A stretch of DNA of 64,000 nucleotides from Escherichia coli O157:H7 (lineage in GTDB: Bacteria > Pseudomonadota > Gammaproteobacteria > Enterobacterales > Enterobacteriaceae). Of this stretch, positions 44,774 through 57,794 are shown one piece after another. The notes beneath the pieces were generated by a model that made no database searches, was not told the origin of the DNA, and saw nothing but the letters and a program-made list of their open reading frames with translations. Both the position numbers and the translations under genes were made by a program. Every line of letters begins with the position of its first letter. Position 1 is the stretch's first letter. The stretch is taken from the NCBI RefSeq assembly GCF_013167455.1, contig NZ_CP038328.1; one strand, given 5' to 3'.

Positions 44774-45508
44774 TCAGACCATGTACATCCCGCCGTTCAC
44801 ATGCAAAGTTTCACCCGTGATGTAAGCTGCTTCGTCGGATGCCAGGAATGCAACCGCGTTGGCGATTTCCTGTGCGCCGCCGAGGCGACCCGCAGGAACC
44901 TGCACCAGGATACCCGCACGCTGGTCATCGCTCAGCGCACGTGTCATGTCCGTTTCAATAAAGCCCGGAGCAACAACGTTTACAGTAATACCGCGTGACG
45001 CAACTTCGCGCGCCAGTGATTTACTGAAGCCGATCAAGCCCGCTTTCGCCGCAGCGTAGTTGGCCTGACCGCCATTTCCCATGGTACCAACCACAGAACC
45101 GATAGTGATAATACGACCATGACGCTTTTTCATCATAGCGCGCATTACCGCTTTTGACAGACGGAAAACAGATGAAAGGTTGGTTTCGATAATATCGTTC
45201 CACTCTTCATCTTTCATTCGCATTAACAGGTTATCACGAGTGATACCGGCATTATTGACCAGGATATCCACTTCACCAAATTCTGCGCGAATTTTTTCCA
45301 GAACAGATTCGATAGATGCCGGGTCGGTCACATTCAACATCAGACCTTTGCCGTTAGCACCTAAATAATCACTGATCGCCTGAGCGCCATTTTCACTGGT
45401 CGCAGTGCCAATAACTTTCGCGCCACGGGCTGCGAGCGTTTCAGCAATTGCGCGGCCAATTCCGCGGCTTGCACCGGTTACCAGTGCGATTTTTCCTTCA
45501 AAATTCAT
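44774..45508 (-). CDS. fabG: 3-oxoacyl-ACP reductase FabG
   Basis: 244-aa SDR enzyme; recognised as FabG. Confidence 0.95.
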   Translation of the reverse strand: MNFEGKIALVTGASRGIGRAIAETLAARGAKVIGTATSENGAQAISDYLGANGKGLMLNVTDPASIESVLEKIRAEFGEVDILVNNAGITRDNLLMRMKDEEWNDIIETNLSSVFRLSKAVMRAMMKKRHGRIITIGSVVGTMGNGGQANYAAAKAGLIGFSKSLAREVASRGITVNVVAPGFIETDMTRALSDDQRAGILVQVPAGRLGGAQEIANAVAFLASDEAAYITGETLHVNGGMYMV

Positions 45509-45520
45509 GATGTTCCTCTT

Positions 45521-46450
45521 TTAAAGCTCGAGCGCCGCTGCCATCGCTGAAGGTTCGTTCAGCGCCGAGGCGGTCAGGGTGTCGACAATGCGTTTCGTCA
45601 GGCCAGTAAGCACTTTGCCCGGGCCGACTTCATAGAGATGTTCTACGCCTTGCGCTGCCATGTACTCAACAGACTTCGTCCACTGAACCGGGTTATACAA
45701 CTGACGTACCAGTGCGTCACGAATGGCATCACCATTGGTTTCGCATTTCACATCAACGTTATTCACAACAGGAACTGTTGGTGCGTTAAAGGTGATTTTC
45801 GCTAATTCTACTGCCAGTTTGTCGGCTGCTGGTTTCATCAGCGCACAGTGAGACGGTACGCTCACTGGTAACGGCAGAGCGCGTTTTGCGCCCGCAGCTT
45901 TACAGGCAGCGCCAGCACGCTCAACCGCTTCTTTATGACCGGCAATAACCACCTGTCCCGGAGAGTTAAAGTTTACCGGAGAAACGACCTGACCTTCTGC
46001 AGCTTCTTCACACGCTTTTCCAATAGACGCATCATCCAGACCGATGATTGCCGCCATAGCGCCCGTTCCTTCCGGTACGGCTTCTTGCATGAACTTGCCG
46101 CGCATCTCAACCAGACGCACCGCATCAGCGAAATCAATCACACCAGCGCAAACCAGCGCGGAGTATTCCCCCAGGCTGTGACCGGCCATCATTGCCGGTG
46201 CTTTACCGCCATGCTGCTGCCATACGCGGTACAGCGCAACAGAGGCAGTCAACAGCGCTGGCTGGGTTTGCCAGGTTTTATTCAGTTCTTCAGCTGGCCC
46301 CTGCTGGGTCAGCGCCCACAGGTCGTAGCCCAGCGCCGCAGAAGCTTCAGCAAACGTTTCTTCGACAATTGGATAGCTCGCCGCCATATCAGCCAGCATT
46401 CCAACGGTTTGAGAACCCTGTCCAGGGAACACAAATGCAAATTGCGTCAT
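45521..46450 (-). CDS. fabD: Malonyl-CoA:ACP transacylase FabD
   Basis: 309 aa; GHSLGEY motif. Confidence 0.95.
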   Translation of the reverse strand: MTQFAFVFPGQGSQTVGMLADMAASYPIVEETFAEASAALGYDLWALTQQGPAEELNKTWQTQPALLTASVALYRVWQQHGGKAPAMMAGHSLGEYSALVCAGVIDFADAVRLVEMRGKFMQEAVPEGTGAMAAIIGLDDASIGKACEEAAEGQVVSPVNFNSPGQVVIAGHKEAVERAGAACKAAGAKRALPLPVSVPSHCALMKPAADKLAVELAKITFNAPTVPVVNNVDVKCETNGDAIRDALVRQLYNPVQWTKSVEYMAAQGVEHLYEVGPGKVLTGLTKRIVDTLTASALNEPSAMAAALEL

Positions 46451-46465
46451 GTTTTAATCCTTATC

Positions 46466-47419
46466 CTAGAAACGAACCAGCGCGGAGCCCCAGGTGAATC
46501 CACCGCCAAAGGCTTCAAGCAGAACCAACTGCCCCGGCTTGATGCGCCCGTCGCGTACAGCTTCATCCAGCGCGCACGGGACAGAGGCCGCAGAGGTATT
46601 ACCGTGGCGATCCAGCGTCACCACGACATTGTCCATAGACATACCGAGTTTTTTCGCCGTTGCACTGATAATACGCAGGTTAGCCTGATGCGGAACCAGC
46701 CAGTCCAGTTGAGAACGGTCAAGATTATTCGCCGCCAGCGTCTCATCAACGATGTGCGCCAGTTCCGTTACCGCAACCTTGAAGACTTCGTTGCCCGCCA
46801 TCGTCAGATGAATTGAATTCTCTGGATTCACGCGGTCGGCGTTTGGCAGCGTCAGCAATTCACCATAACTACCGTCGGCATGCAGATGGGTGGAAATGAT
46901 TCCCGGCTCTTCAGAGGCAGCCAGCACCGCAGCGCCCGCGCCATCGCCAAAAATAATAATAGTCCCACGATCTGTTGGATCGCAGGTGCGCGCCAGTACA
47001 TCGGAACCGACGACCAGAGCATACTTCACTGCCCCAGATTTCACGTATTGATCGGCTACGCTTAATGCATAGGTGAAACCTGCGCAGGCTGCTGCAACGT
47101 CAAATGCCGGGCAACCTTTAATGCCCAACATGCTTTGAATCTGACAAGCTGCGCTCGGGAAAGCGTGCGTAGCAGAAGTCGTTGCCACAACGATCAGGCC
47201 AATCTGGTCTTTCTCAATGCCCGCCATCTCAATTGCGCGTGTCGCCGCTTCAAAGCCCATGGTTGAAACGGTTTCGTTTGGCGCGGCAATGTGGCGTTCG
47301 CGGATACCGGTACGAGTGACAATCCACTCGTCAGAGGTGTCCACCATTTTTTCCAAATCGGCGTTTGTCCGCACTTGTTCGGGCAGATAGCTGCCAGTAC
47401 CAATAATCTTCGTATACAT
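46466..47419 (-). CDS. fabH: 3-oxoacyl-ACP synthase III FabH
   Basis: 317 aa; recognised as FabH. Confidence 0.95.
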
Positions 47420-47486
47420 GTACGCTCAGTCACTTTTCGGTTATATACCGTCACTTGCAAACTGCGAGTTCGCTGGCAGCGTCCTG

Positions 47487-48557
47487 CTACCGCAGAGTTC
47501 CGCTTTTGCCACCGTCCAGCAGCTCAAAACCAGCTGGGTATACAGATTCCAGGCGAGCGGCAATTCGCTGAGGAACTTGTCGCTGCACCGCCTGCACTGC
47601 CTGTTCAATCGCGACCGCAAAAGCTCGCTGATTGGCTGCACCATGACTTTTTATCACCGTGCCGCGCAATCCTAACAGACAGGCGCCGTTATACTGGTCG
47701 GGGTTGAGGTGACTGAATCGCCTCGTCAGGCTCTTTTGTAGCCAACGCTTTAATAACAGTAGCCACCACGACCGTTTTTTCCCTTCACCCTGAGATTTCA
47801 GCAGAGAAAGGAACATCCTGACAACACCTTCCATCGTCTTTAATGTGACATTTCCTGTAAAGCCGTCACAAACCAGCACATCTGTCTTGCCAGTTAACAA
47901 CTCATTGGCTTCAAGATAGCCGATATAATTGATAGAAGGGATTGTTTTAAGCACCGCTGAGGCATCCCGAATACTATCGAGACCCTTTACTTCTTCTTCA
48001 CCAATATTGAGCAACGCCACGCGAGGATTGGGAATTTCCACCACCTCTTCAGCCAGGACTGAGCCCATAATGGCAAATTGCACCAACATTGTGCTGTCAC
48101 AATCGACGTTGGCCCCTAAGTCAAGGACCACCGTTTTGCCCTTTTGCTGATGTGGTAATACCGTCACCAGCGCCGGACGCTCAATCCCCTCCAGGGGCTT
48201 GAGTAATAATTTTGCCAGCCCCATCAGTGCCCCGGTATTACCGGCACTGACACAGGCTTGCGCTCGACCTTCTTTCACCAGCTCCAGGGCCACGCGCATT
48301 GAACTCCCACGACTGGCGCGGATAGCTTGCGAAGGCCGGGCATCACTGGCGATAACTGACTGCGCAGGAATAATCTGCAGACGCGAACGTTGTTCAAAGT
48401 CAGCTTTAGCAAGTAATGGCGTGATGGCGTCGGGATTGCCGACTAAAAGAAGAGTGAGTTGCGAATTAGAATTCAGTGCCTGCAATGCTGCAGGCACTGT
48501 CACGGAAGGACCAAAATCCCCTCCCATGACATCTAACGCCAGGGTTAGACGTGTCAA
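47487..48557 (-). CDS. plsX: Phosphate acyltransferase PlsX
   Basis: 356 aa; recognised as PlsX. Confidence 0.9.
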
Positions 48558-48640
48558 GGTATCGTCGCCGCCCGGTTTGGTCTTTCCCCAGTTGCCTGGG
48601 GAAAATCCTCACTAAGCTTCATCACGCAGACGCGTGATTA

Positions 48641-48823
<183 letters not shown>

Positions 48824-48862
48824 TCAATTACGGTTTATCCCCGATCCAACGGGGAGCACCAA

Positions 48863-49396
<534 letters not shown>

Positions 49397-49417
49397 TTAA
49401 CTTTGTAACGTCATAGA

Positions 49418-49543
49418 GTCAAAGAAAAAGGCAGCCTGTGGTTGCCTTTTGCCAATAATTCGCACACATTGCGGGTTACTGCTTTATTTTCGTTCAGTGC
49501 TGATAACGAACATCAACCTGCAAAACGAAGCGCATAGTTTAAA
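49418..49543 (-). ncRNA. sraB: Possible small RNA in yceF-yceD intergenic region (SraB locus in K-12); bounds approximate
   Basis: Hairpin AGGCA-N9-TGCCT followed by T-rich tract on minus strand at about 49420-49448; assignment by genomic context and memory only. Confidence 0.25.
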
Positions 49544-50167
49544 ATGGCTATCATCAATACGCTATATCTGATGGAAAAAAATATGCCTAAACTTATTTTA
49601 GCCTCCACCTCGCCCTGGCGTCGCGCTCTTCTGGAAAAACTGCAAATCTCTTTTGAATGTGCAGCACCCGAGGTCGACGAAACTCCACACAGCGACGAAT
49701 CACCGCGACAGTTGGTGCTTCGACTGGCACAAGAAAAAGCGCAATCTCTGGCGTCACGTTATCCGGATCATTTAATTATTGGTTCAGACCAGGTATGTGT
49801 TCTTGATGGCGAAATCACCGGTAAACCGTTAACGGAAGAAAATGCCCGTCTGCAATTACGCAAAGCCAGCGGCAATATCGTCACTTTCTATACTGGACTG
49901 GCGTTGTTTAATTCGGCGAATGGGCATCTGCAAACAGAAGTGGAGCCTTTTGACGTCCATTTCCGTCACCTGAGCGAGGCGGAGATTGATAATTACGTGC
50001 GTAAAGAGCATCCCCTGCACTGCGCGGGTAGCTTTAAGAGTGAAGGATTTGGCATTACTCTGTTTGAGCGTTTAGAGGGGCGTGATCCTAACACGCTGGT
50101 TGGTTTACCGCTAATCGCGCTGTGTCAGATGTTACGTCGGGAAGGGAAAAACCCGCTGATGGGATAG
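49544..50167 (+). CDS. yceF: Maf-like nucleotide pyrophosphatase YceF (alternative start 49583)
   Basis: Maf-family protein; downstream start would be [14 protein letters not shown]. Confidence 0.9.
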   Translation: MAIINTLYLMEKNMPKLILASTSPWRRALLEKLQISFECAAPEVDETPHSDESPRQLVLRLAQEKAQSLASRYPDHLIIGSDQVCVLDGEITGKPLTEENARLQLRKASGNIVTFYTGLALFNSANGHLQTEVEPFDVHFRHLSEAEIDNYVRKEHPLHCAGSFKSEGFGITLFERLEGRDPNTLVGLPLIALCQMLRREGKNPLMG

Positions 50168-50169
50168 TT

Positions 50170-50255
50170 TTTTGCGCCGGATGCGGTTACGTCGCATCCG
50201 GCAATCGGTGCTGGCGGCCTGATGCGGCGTAAACGCCTTATCCCATTATCATGCT
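50170..50255. repeat. REP elements between yceF and rluC
   Basis: GCCGGATGCGGTTACGTCGCATCCGGC and GCCTGATGCGGCGTAAACGCCTTATCC units. Confidence 0.7.
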
Positions 50256-50267
50256 TATATGCTCGTA

Positions 50268-51227
50268 TTAGCGCGCGTTACGCAGCTTTTGCAAACAACG
50301 CTTCAAACCATCATCCATCGGCGCTTCGATACGCATCACCTCACCGGTCCCCGGATGGGTAAACTTCAACGCTGCGGCGTGCAGGAACAGACGATTTAAT
50401 CCCGTGCCTGCTTCAGTGAGCTGTCTGTCAAATTCACGGTCACCGTAGCGATCGTCAAAGGCAATCGGATGACCTGCATACTGTGTATGCACACGGATCT
50501 GATGAGTGCGCCCTGTTACCGGACTACAACGCACCAGGGTGGCAAATGCATAGCGTTCTTCCACTTTAAAGCGTGTTTCCGACGGTTTGCCTTCCTGACT
50601 CACACGCACGATACGTTCGCCGCTTTGCAGAATATTTTTCAATAACGGCGCCTGAACGCTCTTCACATGCGACTGCCACTGACCGCGCACCAGCGCCAGG
50701 TAATCTTTTTGCATCCCTTTTTCACGTAATTGCTCATGCAGAGAACGCAACGCCGAGCGTTTTTTCGCTACCAGCAACACACCTGAGGTGTCCCGGTCAA
50801 GACGATGAACCAGTTCAAGGAACCGCGCTTCCGGGCGCAACGCCCGCAAACCTTCAATAACGCCGAAGCTTAAACCACTGCCGCCATGTACCGCCGTACC
50901 GGAAGGTTTATTCAGCACCAGGATGTGATCATCTTCATATAAGATGACGTCCGCCAGCGCCGCCACCTTTTGCAGATGTGGCGAAACCGCCTCTTCTTCC
51001 CGCTCAGCAACGCGAACCGGTGGAATACGCACCTCATCACCCGCTTCGAGTTTATATTCAGGCTTAATACGTTTTTTGTTCACCCGCACTTCGCCTTTAC
51101 GCAAAATACGGTAAATCATACTTTTTGGTACGCCTTTCAATTGGGTACGCAAAAAGTTGTCGATACGTTGCCCCGCTTCGTCGGCGGTGATAGCAACAAT
51201 TTTTACGGATGGAGTCTCTGTTTTCAT
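50268..51227 (-). CDS. rluC: 23S rRNA pseudouridine synthase RluC
   Basis: 319 aa; S4 domain plus RluA-family catalytic core. Confidence 0.95.
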   Translation of the reverse strand: MKTETPSVKIVAITADEAGQRIDNFLRTQLKGVPKSMIYRILRKGEVRVNKKRIKPEYKLEAGDEVRIPPVRVAEREEEAVSPHLQKVAALADVILYEDDHILVLNKPSGTAVHGGSGLSFGVIEGLRALRPEARFLELVHRLDRDTSGVLLVAKKRSALRSLHEQLREKGMQKDYLALVRGQWQSHVKSVQAPLLKNILQSGERIVRVSQEGKPSETRFKVEERYAFATLVRCSPVTGRTHQIRVHTQYAGHPIAFDDRYGDREFDRQLTEAGTGLNRLFLHAAALKFTHPGTGEVMRIEAPMDDGLKRCLQKLRNAR

Positions 51228-51438
51228 GGTGGGCGATTCTAATTAGCCAACAGGATTCGCGCCACTCATTTTTCTATGCTTATATTTAGTTTTGCACCTT
51301 ATTACTTCACTACGTGATCACTTTATTGATGGTTATTAAACCAATCACCAGCAAGAAGTGAAAAAACTGTGAGTAAGCGGGTGATAAATGGTAAAAGTCA
51401 TCTTGCTATAACAAGGCTTGCAGTGGAATAATGAGGCC

Positions 51439-51799
51439 GTTTCCGTGTCCATCCTTGTTAAAACAAGAAATTTTACGGAATAACCCATTTTGCCCGACCG
51501 ATCATCCACGCAGCAATGGCGTAAGACGTATTGATCTTTCAGGCAGTTAGCGGGCTGCGGGTTGCAGTCCTTACCGGTAGATGGAAATATTTCTGGAGAG
51601 TAATACCCAGTCTGTTTCTTTGATAATTGCGCTGTTTTTCCGCATGAAAAACGGGCAACCGACACTCTGCGCCTCTTTGAGCTGACGATAACCGTGAGGT
51701 TGGCGACGCGACTAGACACGAGGCCATCGGTTCACACCCGGAAAGGCGTTACTTTGCCCGCAGCTTAGTCGTCAATGTAAGAATAATGAGTAAGTTACG
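51439..51799 (+). promoter_or_regulatory. rne long 5' leader (autoregulatory UTR); bounds approximate
   Basis: About 570 bp non-coding upstream of rne with multiple hairpins; leader length from memory. Confidence 0.4.
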
Positions 51800-54700
51800 A
51801 TGAAAAGAATGTTAATCAACGCAACTCAGCAGGAAGAGTTGCGCGTTGCCCTTGTAGATGGGCAGCGTCTGTATGACCTGGATATCGAAAGTCCAGGGCA
51901 CGAGCAGAAAAAGGCAAACATCTACAAAGGTAAAATCACCCGCATTGAACCGAGTCTGGAAGCTGCTTTTGTTGATTACGGCGCTGAACGTCACGGTTTC
52001 CTCCCACTAAAAGAAATTGCCCGCGAATATTTCCCTGCTAACTACAGTACTCATGGTCGTCCCAACATTAAAGATGTGTTGCGTGAAGGTCAGGAAGTCA
52101 TTGTTCAGATCGATAAAGAAGAGCGCGGCAACAAAGGCGCGGCATTAACCACCTTTATCAGTCTGGCGGGTAGCTATCTGGTTCTGATGCCGAACAACCC
52201 GCGCGCGGGTGGCATTTCTCGCCGTATCGAAGGCGACGACCGTACCGAATTAAAAGAAGCACTGGCAAGCCTTGAACTGCCGGAAGGCATGGGGCTTATC
52301 GTGCGCACCGCTGGCGTCGGCAAATCTGCTGAGGCGCTGCAATGGGATTTAAGCTTCCGTCTGAAACACTGGGAAGCCATCAAAAAAGCCGCTGAAAGCC
52401 GCCCGGCCCCGTTCCTGATTCATCAGGAGAGCAACGTAATCGTTCGCGCATTCCGCGATTACTTACGTCAGGACATCGGCGAAATCCTTATCGATAACCC
52501 GAAAGTGCTCGAACTGGCACGTCAGCATATCGCTGCATTAGGTCGCCCGGATTTCAGCAGCAAAATCAAACTGTACACCGGCGAGATCCCGCTGTTCAGC
52601 CACTACCAGATCGAGTCGCAGATCGAGTCCGCCTTCCAGCGTGAAGTCCGTCTGCCATCCGGTGGTTCGATTGTTATCGACAGCACCGAAGCGTTAACGG
52701 CCATCGACATCAACTCCGCACGCGCGACCCGCGGCGGCGATATCGAAGAAACCGCGTTTAACACTAACCTCGAAGCTGCCGATGAGATTGCTCGTCAGCT
52801 GCGCCTGCGTGACCTCGGCGGCCTGATTGTTATCGACTTCATCGACATGACGCCAGTACGCCACCAGCGTGCGGTAGAAAACCGTCTGCGTGAAGCGGTG
52901 CGTCAGGACCGTGCGCGTATTCAAATCAGCCATATTTCTCGCTTTGGCCTGCTGGAAATGTCCCGCCAGCGCCTGAGCCCATCACTGGGTGAATCCAGTC
53001 ATCACGTTTGTCCGCGTTGTTCTGGTACTGGCACCGTGCGTGACAACGAATCGCTGTCGCTCTCTATTCTGCGTCTGATCGAAGAAGAAGCGCTGAAAGA
53101 GAACACCCAGGAAGTTCACGCCATTGTTCCTGTGCCAATCGCTTCTTACCTGCTGAATGAAAAACGTTCTGCGGTAAATGCCATTGAAACTCGTCAGGAC
53201 GGTGTGCGCTGTGTAATTGTGCCAAACGATCAGATGGAAACCCCGCACTACCACGTGCTGCGCGTGCGTAAAGGGGAAGAAACCCCAACCTTAAGCTACA
53301 TGCTGCCGAAGCTGCATGAAGAAGCGATGGCGCTGCCGTCTGAAGAAGAGTTCGCTGAACGTAAGCGTCCGGAACAACCTGCGCTGGCAACCTTTGCCAT
53401 GCCGGATGTGCCGCCAGCGCCAACGCCAGCTGAACCTGCCGCGCCTGTTGTAGCCCCAGCACCGAAAGCTGCACCGGCAACACCAGCAACTCCTGCACAA
53501 CCTGGGCTGTTGAGCCGCTTCTTCGGCGCACTGAAAGCGCTGTTCAGCGGTGGTGAAGAAACCAAACCGACCGAGCAACCAGCACCGAAAGCAGAAGCGA
53601 AACCGGAACGTCAACAGGATCGTCGCAAGCCTCGTCAGAACAACCGCCGTGACCGTAATGAGCGCCGCGACACCCGTAGTGAACGTACTGAAGGCAGCGA
53701 TAATCGCGAAGAAAACCGTCGTAATCGTCGCCAAGCACAGCAGCAGACTGCCGAGACGCGTGAGGGCCGTCAGCAGGCTGAGGTAACGGAAAAAGCGCGT
53801 ACCGCCGACGAGCAGCAAGCGCCGCGTCGTGAACGTAGCCGCCGCCGTAACGATGATAAACGTCAGGCGCAACAAGAAGCGAAGGCGCTGAATGTTGAAG
53901 AGCAATCTGTTCAGGAAACCGAACAGGAAGAACGTGTACGTCCGGTTCAGCCGCGTCGTAAACAGCGTCAGCTCAATCAGAAAGTGCGTTACGAGCAAAG
54001 CGTAGCCGAAGAAACGGTAGTCGCACCGGTAGCTGAAGAAACTGTCGCTGCCGAACCAATTGTTCAGGAAGCGCCAGCTCCACGCACAGAACTGGTGAAA
54101 GTCCCGCTGCCAGTCGTAGCGCAAACTGCACCAGAACAGCAAGAAGAGAACAATGCTGATAACCGTGACAACGGTGGCATGCCGCGTCGTTCTCGCCGCT
54201 CGCCTCGTCACCTGCGCGTGAGTGGTCAGCGTCGTCGTCGCTATCGTGACGAGCGTTATCCAACCCAATCGCCAATGCCGTTGACCGTAGCGTGCGCGTC
54301 TCCGGAACTGGCCTCTGGCAAAGTCTGGATCCGCTATCCGATTGTACGTCCACAAGATGTACAGGTTGAAGAGCAGCGCGAACAGGAAGAAGTGCAAGTG
54401 CAGCCGATGGTGACTGAGGTCCCTGTCGCCGCCGCTGTCGAACCGGTTGTTAGCGCGCCAGTTGTTGAAGAAATGGCTGAAGTCGTAGAAGCCCCCGTAC
54501 CGGTTGCCGAACCGCAACCGGAAGTGGTTGAAACGACGCATCCTGAAGTGATTGCCGCCGCGGTAACTGAACAGCCGCAGGTGATTACCGAGTCTGATGT
54601 TGCCGTAGCCCAGGAAGTTGCAGAACACGCAGAACCGGTGGTTGAACCGCAGGAAGAGACGGCAGATATTGAAGAAGTTGCCGAAACTGCTGAGGTTGTG

Positions 54701-54985
54701 GTTGCTGAACCTGAAGTTGTTGCTCAACCTGCCGCGCCAGTCGTCGCTGAAGTCGCAGCAGAAGTTGAAACGGTAACCGCGGTTAAACCAGAGATCACCG
54801 TTGAGCATAACCACGCTACCGCGCCAATGACGCGCGCTCCGGCACCGGAATATGTTCCGGAGGCACCGCGTCACAGTGACTGGCAGCGCCCTACTTTTGC
54901 CTTCGAAGGTAAAGGTGCCGCAGGTGGTCATACGGCAACGCATCATGCCTCTGCCGCTCCTGCGCGTCCGCAACCTGTTGAGTAA
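51800..54985 (+). CDS. rne: Ribonuclease E
   Basis: 1061 aa; N-terminal catalytic domain, Arg-rich segment, acidic C-terminal scaffold. Confidence 0.97.
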   Translation: MKRMLINATQQEELRVALVDGQRLYDLDIESPGHEQKKANIYKGKITRIEPSLEAAFVDYGAERHGFLPLKEIAREYFPANYSTHGRPNIKDVLREGQEVIVQIDKEERGNKGAALTTFISLAGSYLVLMPNNPRAGGISRRIEGDDRTELKEALASLELPEGMGLIVRTAGVGKSAEALQWDLSFRLKHWEAIKKAAESRPAPFLIHQESNVIVRAFRDYLRQDIGEILIDNPKVLELARQHIAALGRPDFSSKIKLYTGEIPLFSHYQIESQIESAFQREVRLPSGGSIVIDSTEALTAIDINSARATRGGDIEETAFNTNLEAADEIARQLRLRDLGGLIVIDFIDMTPVRHQRAVENRLREAVRQDRARIQISHISRFGLLEMSRQRLSPSLGESSHHVCPRCSGTGTVRDNESLSLSILRLIEEEALKENTQEVHAIVPVPIASYLLNEKRSAVNAIETRQDGVRCVIVPNDQMETPHYHVLRVRKGEETPTLSYMLPKLHEEAMALPSEEEFAERKRPEQPALATFAMPDVPPAPTPAEPAAPVVAPAPKAAPATPATPAQPGLLSRFFGALKALFSGGEETKPTEQPAPKAEAKPERQQDRRKPRQNNRRDRNERRDTRSERTEGSDNREENRRNRRQAQQQTAETREGRQQAEVTEKARTADEQQAPRRERSRRRNDDKRQAQQEAKALNVEEQSVQETEQEERVRPVQPRRKQRQLNQKVRYEQSVAEETVVAPVAEETVAAEPIVQEAPAPRTELVKVPLPVVAQTAPEQQEENNADNRDNGGMPRRSRRSPRHLRVSGQRRRRYRDERYPTQSPMPLTVACASPELASGKVWIRYPIVRPQDVQVEEQREQEEVQVQPMVTEVPVAAAVEPVVSAPVVEEMAEVVEAPVPVAEPQPEVVETTHPEVIAAAVTEQPQVITESDVAVAQEVAEHAEPVVEPQEETADIEEVAETAEVVVAEPEVVAQPAAPVVAEVAAEVETVTAVKPEITVEHNHATAPMTRAPAPEYVPEAPRHSDWQRPTFAFEGKGAAGGHTATHHASAAPARPQPVE

Positions 54986-55002
54986 TAATTAGCTCAAGTA
55001 AT

Positions 55003-55036
55003 CAAGCCCTGGTAACTGCCAGGGCTTTTTTATTTC
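55003..55036 (+). terminator. rne intrinsic terminator
   Basis: GCCCTGGTAACTGCCAGGGC followed by TTTTTTAT. Confidence 0.75.
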
Positions 55037-55106
55037 ATCTTTGAATCAACATATTAAAATTCATCGAATGGCATCCTTGCTAACCAACAATGCAAAATAG
55101 GCAAAA

Positions 55107-55140
55107 AAATGCCCGCCCCGGCGATCCCTGAGCGGGCAGA
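55107..55140 (-). terminator. flgL intrinsic terminator
   Basis: GCCCGCTCAGGGATCGCCGGGGCGGGC hairpin followed by T7 run on minus strand. Confidence 0.65.
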
Positions 55141-55179
55141 CAAAACATACCCAGTTTCATGATATGTTTTAAAGCGAGC

Positions 55180-56133
55180 TTATTTGTTGAGCTGGAAGAG
55201 CGACAATCCCTGCATATCGGTAAATGCTTTATACGATGCCTGCAATGCCGTTTGCTGCATGATGTAAGATGAAATAGTTGCATTCCAGTCCACATCAACC
55301 AGATCGCTCATCTGCTGCGTTTGCCCTAATGCGCGATCGCTACCTAATGAATCCAGCGACTCCAGTTCGTTCAGCTGCGTGCCTAATTCCGCGCGAACGG
55401 TCAGGACATTGTTCAGCGAGTTTTTCAGTCCGCGGTTGGTTTTATCTAACGCCGCAGCGGCGGTTTCTTTATCCGCTTCGCTATCCGCGACCGGCGTTTT
55501 CAGGGCTGCGATGGCGCTATCCAGCATGGCAAAAAGATTGGTTTCAGAAGCGCTACCGTCTGGTTCCGCTACCGCGTTACTGGTAATACTGTCGAAAATT
55601 TTGTCGCCCGTATGTCCTATCACCATCGAACGCGAAGCATCGACCTGTTGCTTAATACTTTCTGTTCCGCCGACATAATCACCGTTAACCTCACTAAACG
55701 GCGCAGTCTCTGTTTTATAACCGGCAAAAATGTAGCGCCCGTTACCGTCAGTGGTGTTCGCCAGATTCAGCAACTGGTCACGAAGCCCCTGAATATCCGT
55801 AGCCAGCGAGGCCCGGTCATTGTCACTCAAGGTGCCATTGCTGGCGTAGACAATTTTTTCCTGAGCATTCTGGATAGCGGTGGTGACCTGGCTAAGTACA
55901 CTCTCTTCCAGTGACACTTTTTGAGTGGCGAAAGTACGTGCCAGCGTGTACTGGCTGTTTTGCGCCTGTGCCTGGGAGAGAACAACAGCTTGTGATGCAG
56001 CAATGGGATCGTCTGAAGGGTTAACGACTCGCTTACCCGTCGACATCTGCTCGCCGTACTTCATCCATTCTGCCTGAGAATTGGTGATGCCGCGCATGTT
56101 TTGCTGGTACATCATCTGGGTACTGAAACGCAT
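55180..56133 (-). CDS. flgL: Flagellar hook-associated protein 3 FlgL
   Basis: 317 aa; recognised as FlgL. Confidence 0.95.
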   Translation of the reverse strand: MRFSTQMMYQQNMRGITNSQAEWMKYGEQMSTGKRVVNPSDDPIAASQAVVLSQAQAQNSQYTLARTFATQKVSLEESVLSQVTTAIQNAQEKIVYASNGTLSDNDRASLATDIQGLRDQLLNLANTTDGNGRYIFAGYKTETAPFSEVNGDYVGGTESIKQQVDASRSMVIGHTGDKIFDSITSNAVAEPDGSASETNLFAMLDSAIAALKTPVADSEADKETAAAALDKTNRGLKNSLNNVLTVRAELGTQLNELESLDSLGSDRALGQTQQMSDLVDVDWNATISSYIMQQTALQASYKAFTDMQGLSLFQLNK

Positions 56134-56144
56134 TTTATCTCCCC

Positions 56145-57788
56145 TTAGCGAATGTTAATCAGCGCATCAAAAATCGCGTTTGCCGTCTGCAGAACCTGCG
56201 CATTCGCCAGGTAATACTGCTGAAAACGTTGCAGATTTCCGTACTCCTCATCGAGATTGACACCGGAAATCGACTGCTGCTGATTGGAAAGCTGCGTCAC
56301 CACATTACCTTGCGTGGTGCTACTGGTTTTCAACGTCGCGGTTTTATTACCGATATCACTCACTAACGAGGCATAAGCGTCGTTAAAGGATTTCGCTCCG
56401 CCCACCGTTTTACTGTTGCTTTGCAGATCCAGCAGGGCCTGACCGTTGCGGTTGTCGCTATCACCCGCATCTTCTTCGCTCGCCATCGCTATTTTCGCTT
56501 CGTCGGTGATTAATACATCCATGTTGACGATGGCGTCACTTACTGGTTTCAGCGTGAAGCTGTCGTTAACGGCAGGCGTTCCTGTAAACGTCAACTCCAG
56601 ACCATCAAATGCCACTTTACCGTTGGCATCTGGCGTCACCGTAAAAGTGGTATTGCTGGCAAGGCGGGTGACCTGCCACTGATTATTATCGAACGAGATT
56701 TTGTAATCTGTCGCCAGTACCGCGGAGGCATCAGTTACCGTGGCACCGATCGCAACGTTACCGTTGTTTTTAGTGTTTTGCAGAACCGCGGGCTTACCGA
56801 TAGCAAAGAAATCTTCACCCTCATCGCCGTTGGCATCAAATCCGGCTTTGTGTTGGCTGTTGAAAGCCTCAGCAAATGCCAGCGCCAGTTGTCCAAGCGT
56901 ATTACGCGTCTGGTCCAGATCCTGAGAACGGAATGTCAGAATGCCGCCCAGCGACCCGGTATTCAGTAATTTCTCCGGGATCTCAATATTGCCTGCCGTC
57001 CCATCAACATAAGCGACAGTCGTACGAGAAGGGTCGGCGCTGGAAGGAACTGCCGCCAGTTGCTGCGCCGTACTTCCCTGAACCAGTGAGTAACCATTGG
57101 CCATCGTGATGTTATAAGTGCCGCCATCCTGAACGCTGACTTCTACACCAACAATCTGGTTTAATTCGCTCACCAGTTGATCGCGTTGATCCAGCAGATT
57201 GTTAGGTGACGCCCCTGCCCCCACGCCTGTCAGGCGGGAGATTTGATCGTTCAGGCTGGCGATTTGTTTAGCGTAATTGTTGATCTGATCAACGCTGGCA
57301 CCTATCGCGATATTGACCTGTTTGTCCTGGTCGCGAAGATACTGATCGGTGGTTTTAAACTGATTCACCAACCCTTCTGATTTCCCAATCAGCGCCTGGC
57401 GCGCTGCCGGGTCTTCCGCGTTACTCACCAGCGTTTGCAGGCTGGTGAAGAAATCCTGCATCTGTGTTGCCAGCGAAGAGGTACTGGTGGAGAGCATATT
57501 GTCGATTTTCGACATCTGCTCATAGCGGGCAGTCAGGCCGCTACTTTGCGTCTGCGCCGCACGTAACTGGTTGGTAATAAACGCATCATACTCACGCTGC
57601 ACACCAGAAACGTAGACACCATTACCAACCCAGCCGCCAGCGCCCAACGTGCTATTGGCCTGCGCCATAATAGTGGTTTGGCGGGTATATCCGGCAACGT
57701 TATAGCTGGAGATATTATTACTTGCCGTATTTAACGCCGCCTGGGCCGCGTTCAGTCCGCTCATGGCGTTATTGATCAAGCTGGACAT
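56145..57788 (-). CDS. flgK: Flagellar hook-associated protein 1 FlgK
   Basis: 547 aa; recognised as FlgK. Confidence 0.95.
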   Translation of the reverse strand: MSSLINNAMSGLNAAQAALNTASNNISSYNVAGYTRQTTIMAQANSTLGAGGWVGNGVYVSGVQREYDAFITNQLRAAQTQSSGLTARYEQMSKIDNMLSTSTSSLATQMQDFFTSLQTLVSNAEDPAARQALIGKSEGLVNQFKTTDQYLRDQDKQVNIAIGASVDQINNYAKQIASLNDQISRLTGVGAGASPNNLLDQRDQLVSELNQIVGVEVSVQDGGTYNITMANGYSLVQGSTAQQLAAVPSSADPSRTTVAYVDGTAGNIEIPEKLLNTGSLGGILTFRSQDLDQTRNTLGQLALAFAEAFNSQHKAGFDANGDEGEDFFAIGKPAVLQNTKNNGNVAIGATVTDASAVLATDYKISFDNNQWQVTRLASNTTFTVTPDANGKVAFDGLELTFTGTPAVNDSFTLKPVSDAIVNMDVLITDEAKIAMASEEDAGDSDNRNGQALLDLQSNSKTVGGAKSFNDAYASLVSDIGNKTATLKTSSTTQGNVVTQLSNQQQSISGVNLDEEYGNLQRFQQYYLANAQVLQTANAIFDALINIR

Positions 57789-57794
57789 GGAGGT

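Noticed and set aside
53380-54800. Repetitive Ala/Pro/Glu/Val-rich and Arg-rich DNA in rne considered as a repeat element
   Set aside because: This is the normal low-complexity C-terminal scaffold region of RNase E; the frame is intact over 1061 aa.
53291-54973. 560-aa minus-strand ORF
   Set aside because: Antisense to the rne C-terminal half; low-complexity Arg/Phe/Leu-rich translation from the repetitive acidic scaffold-coding region.
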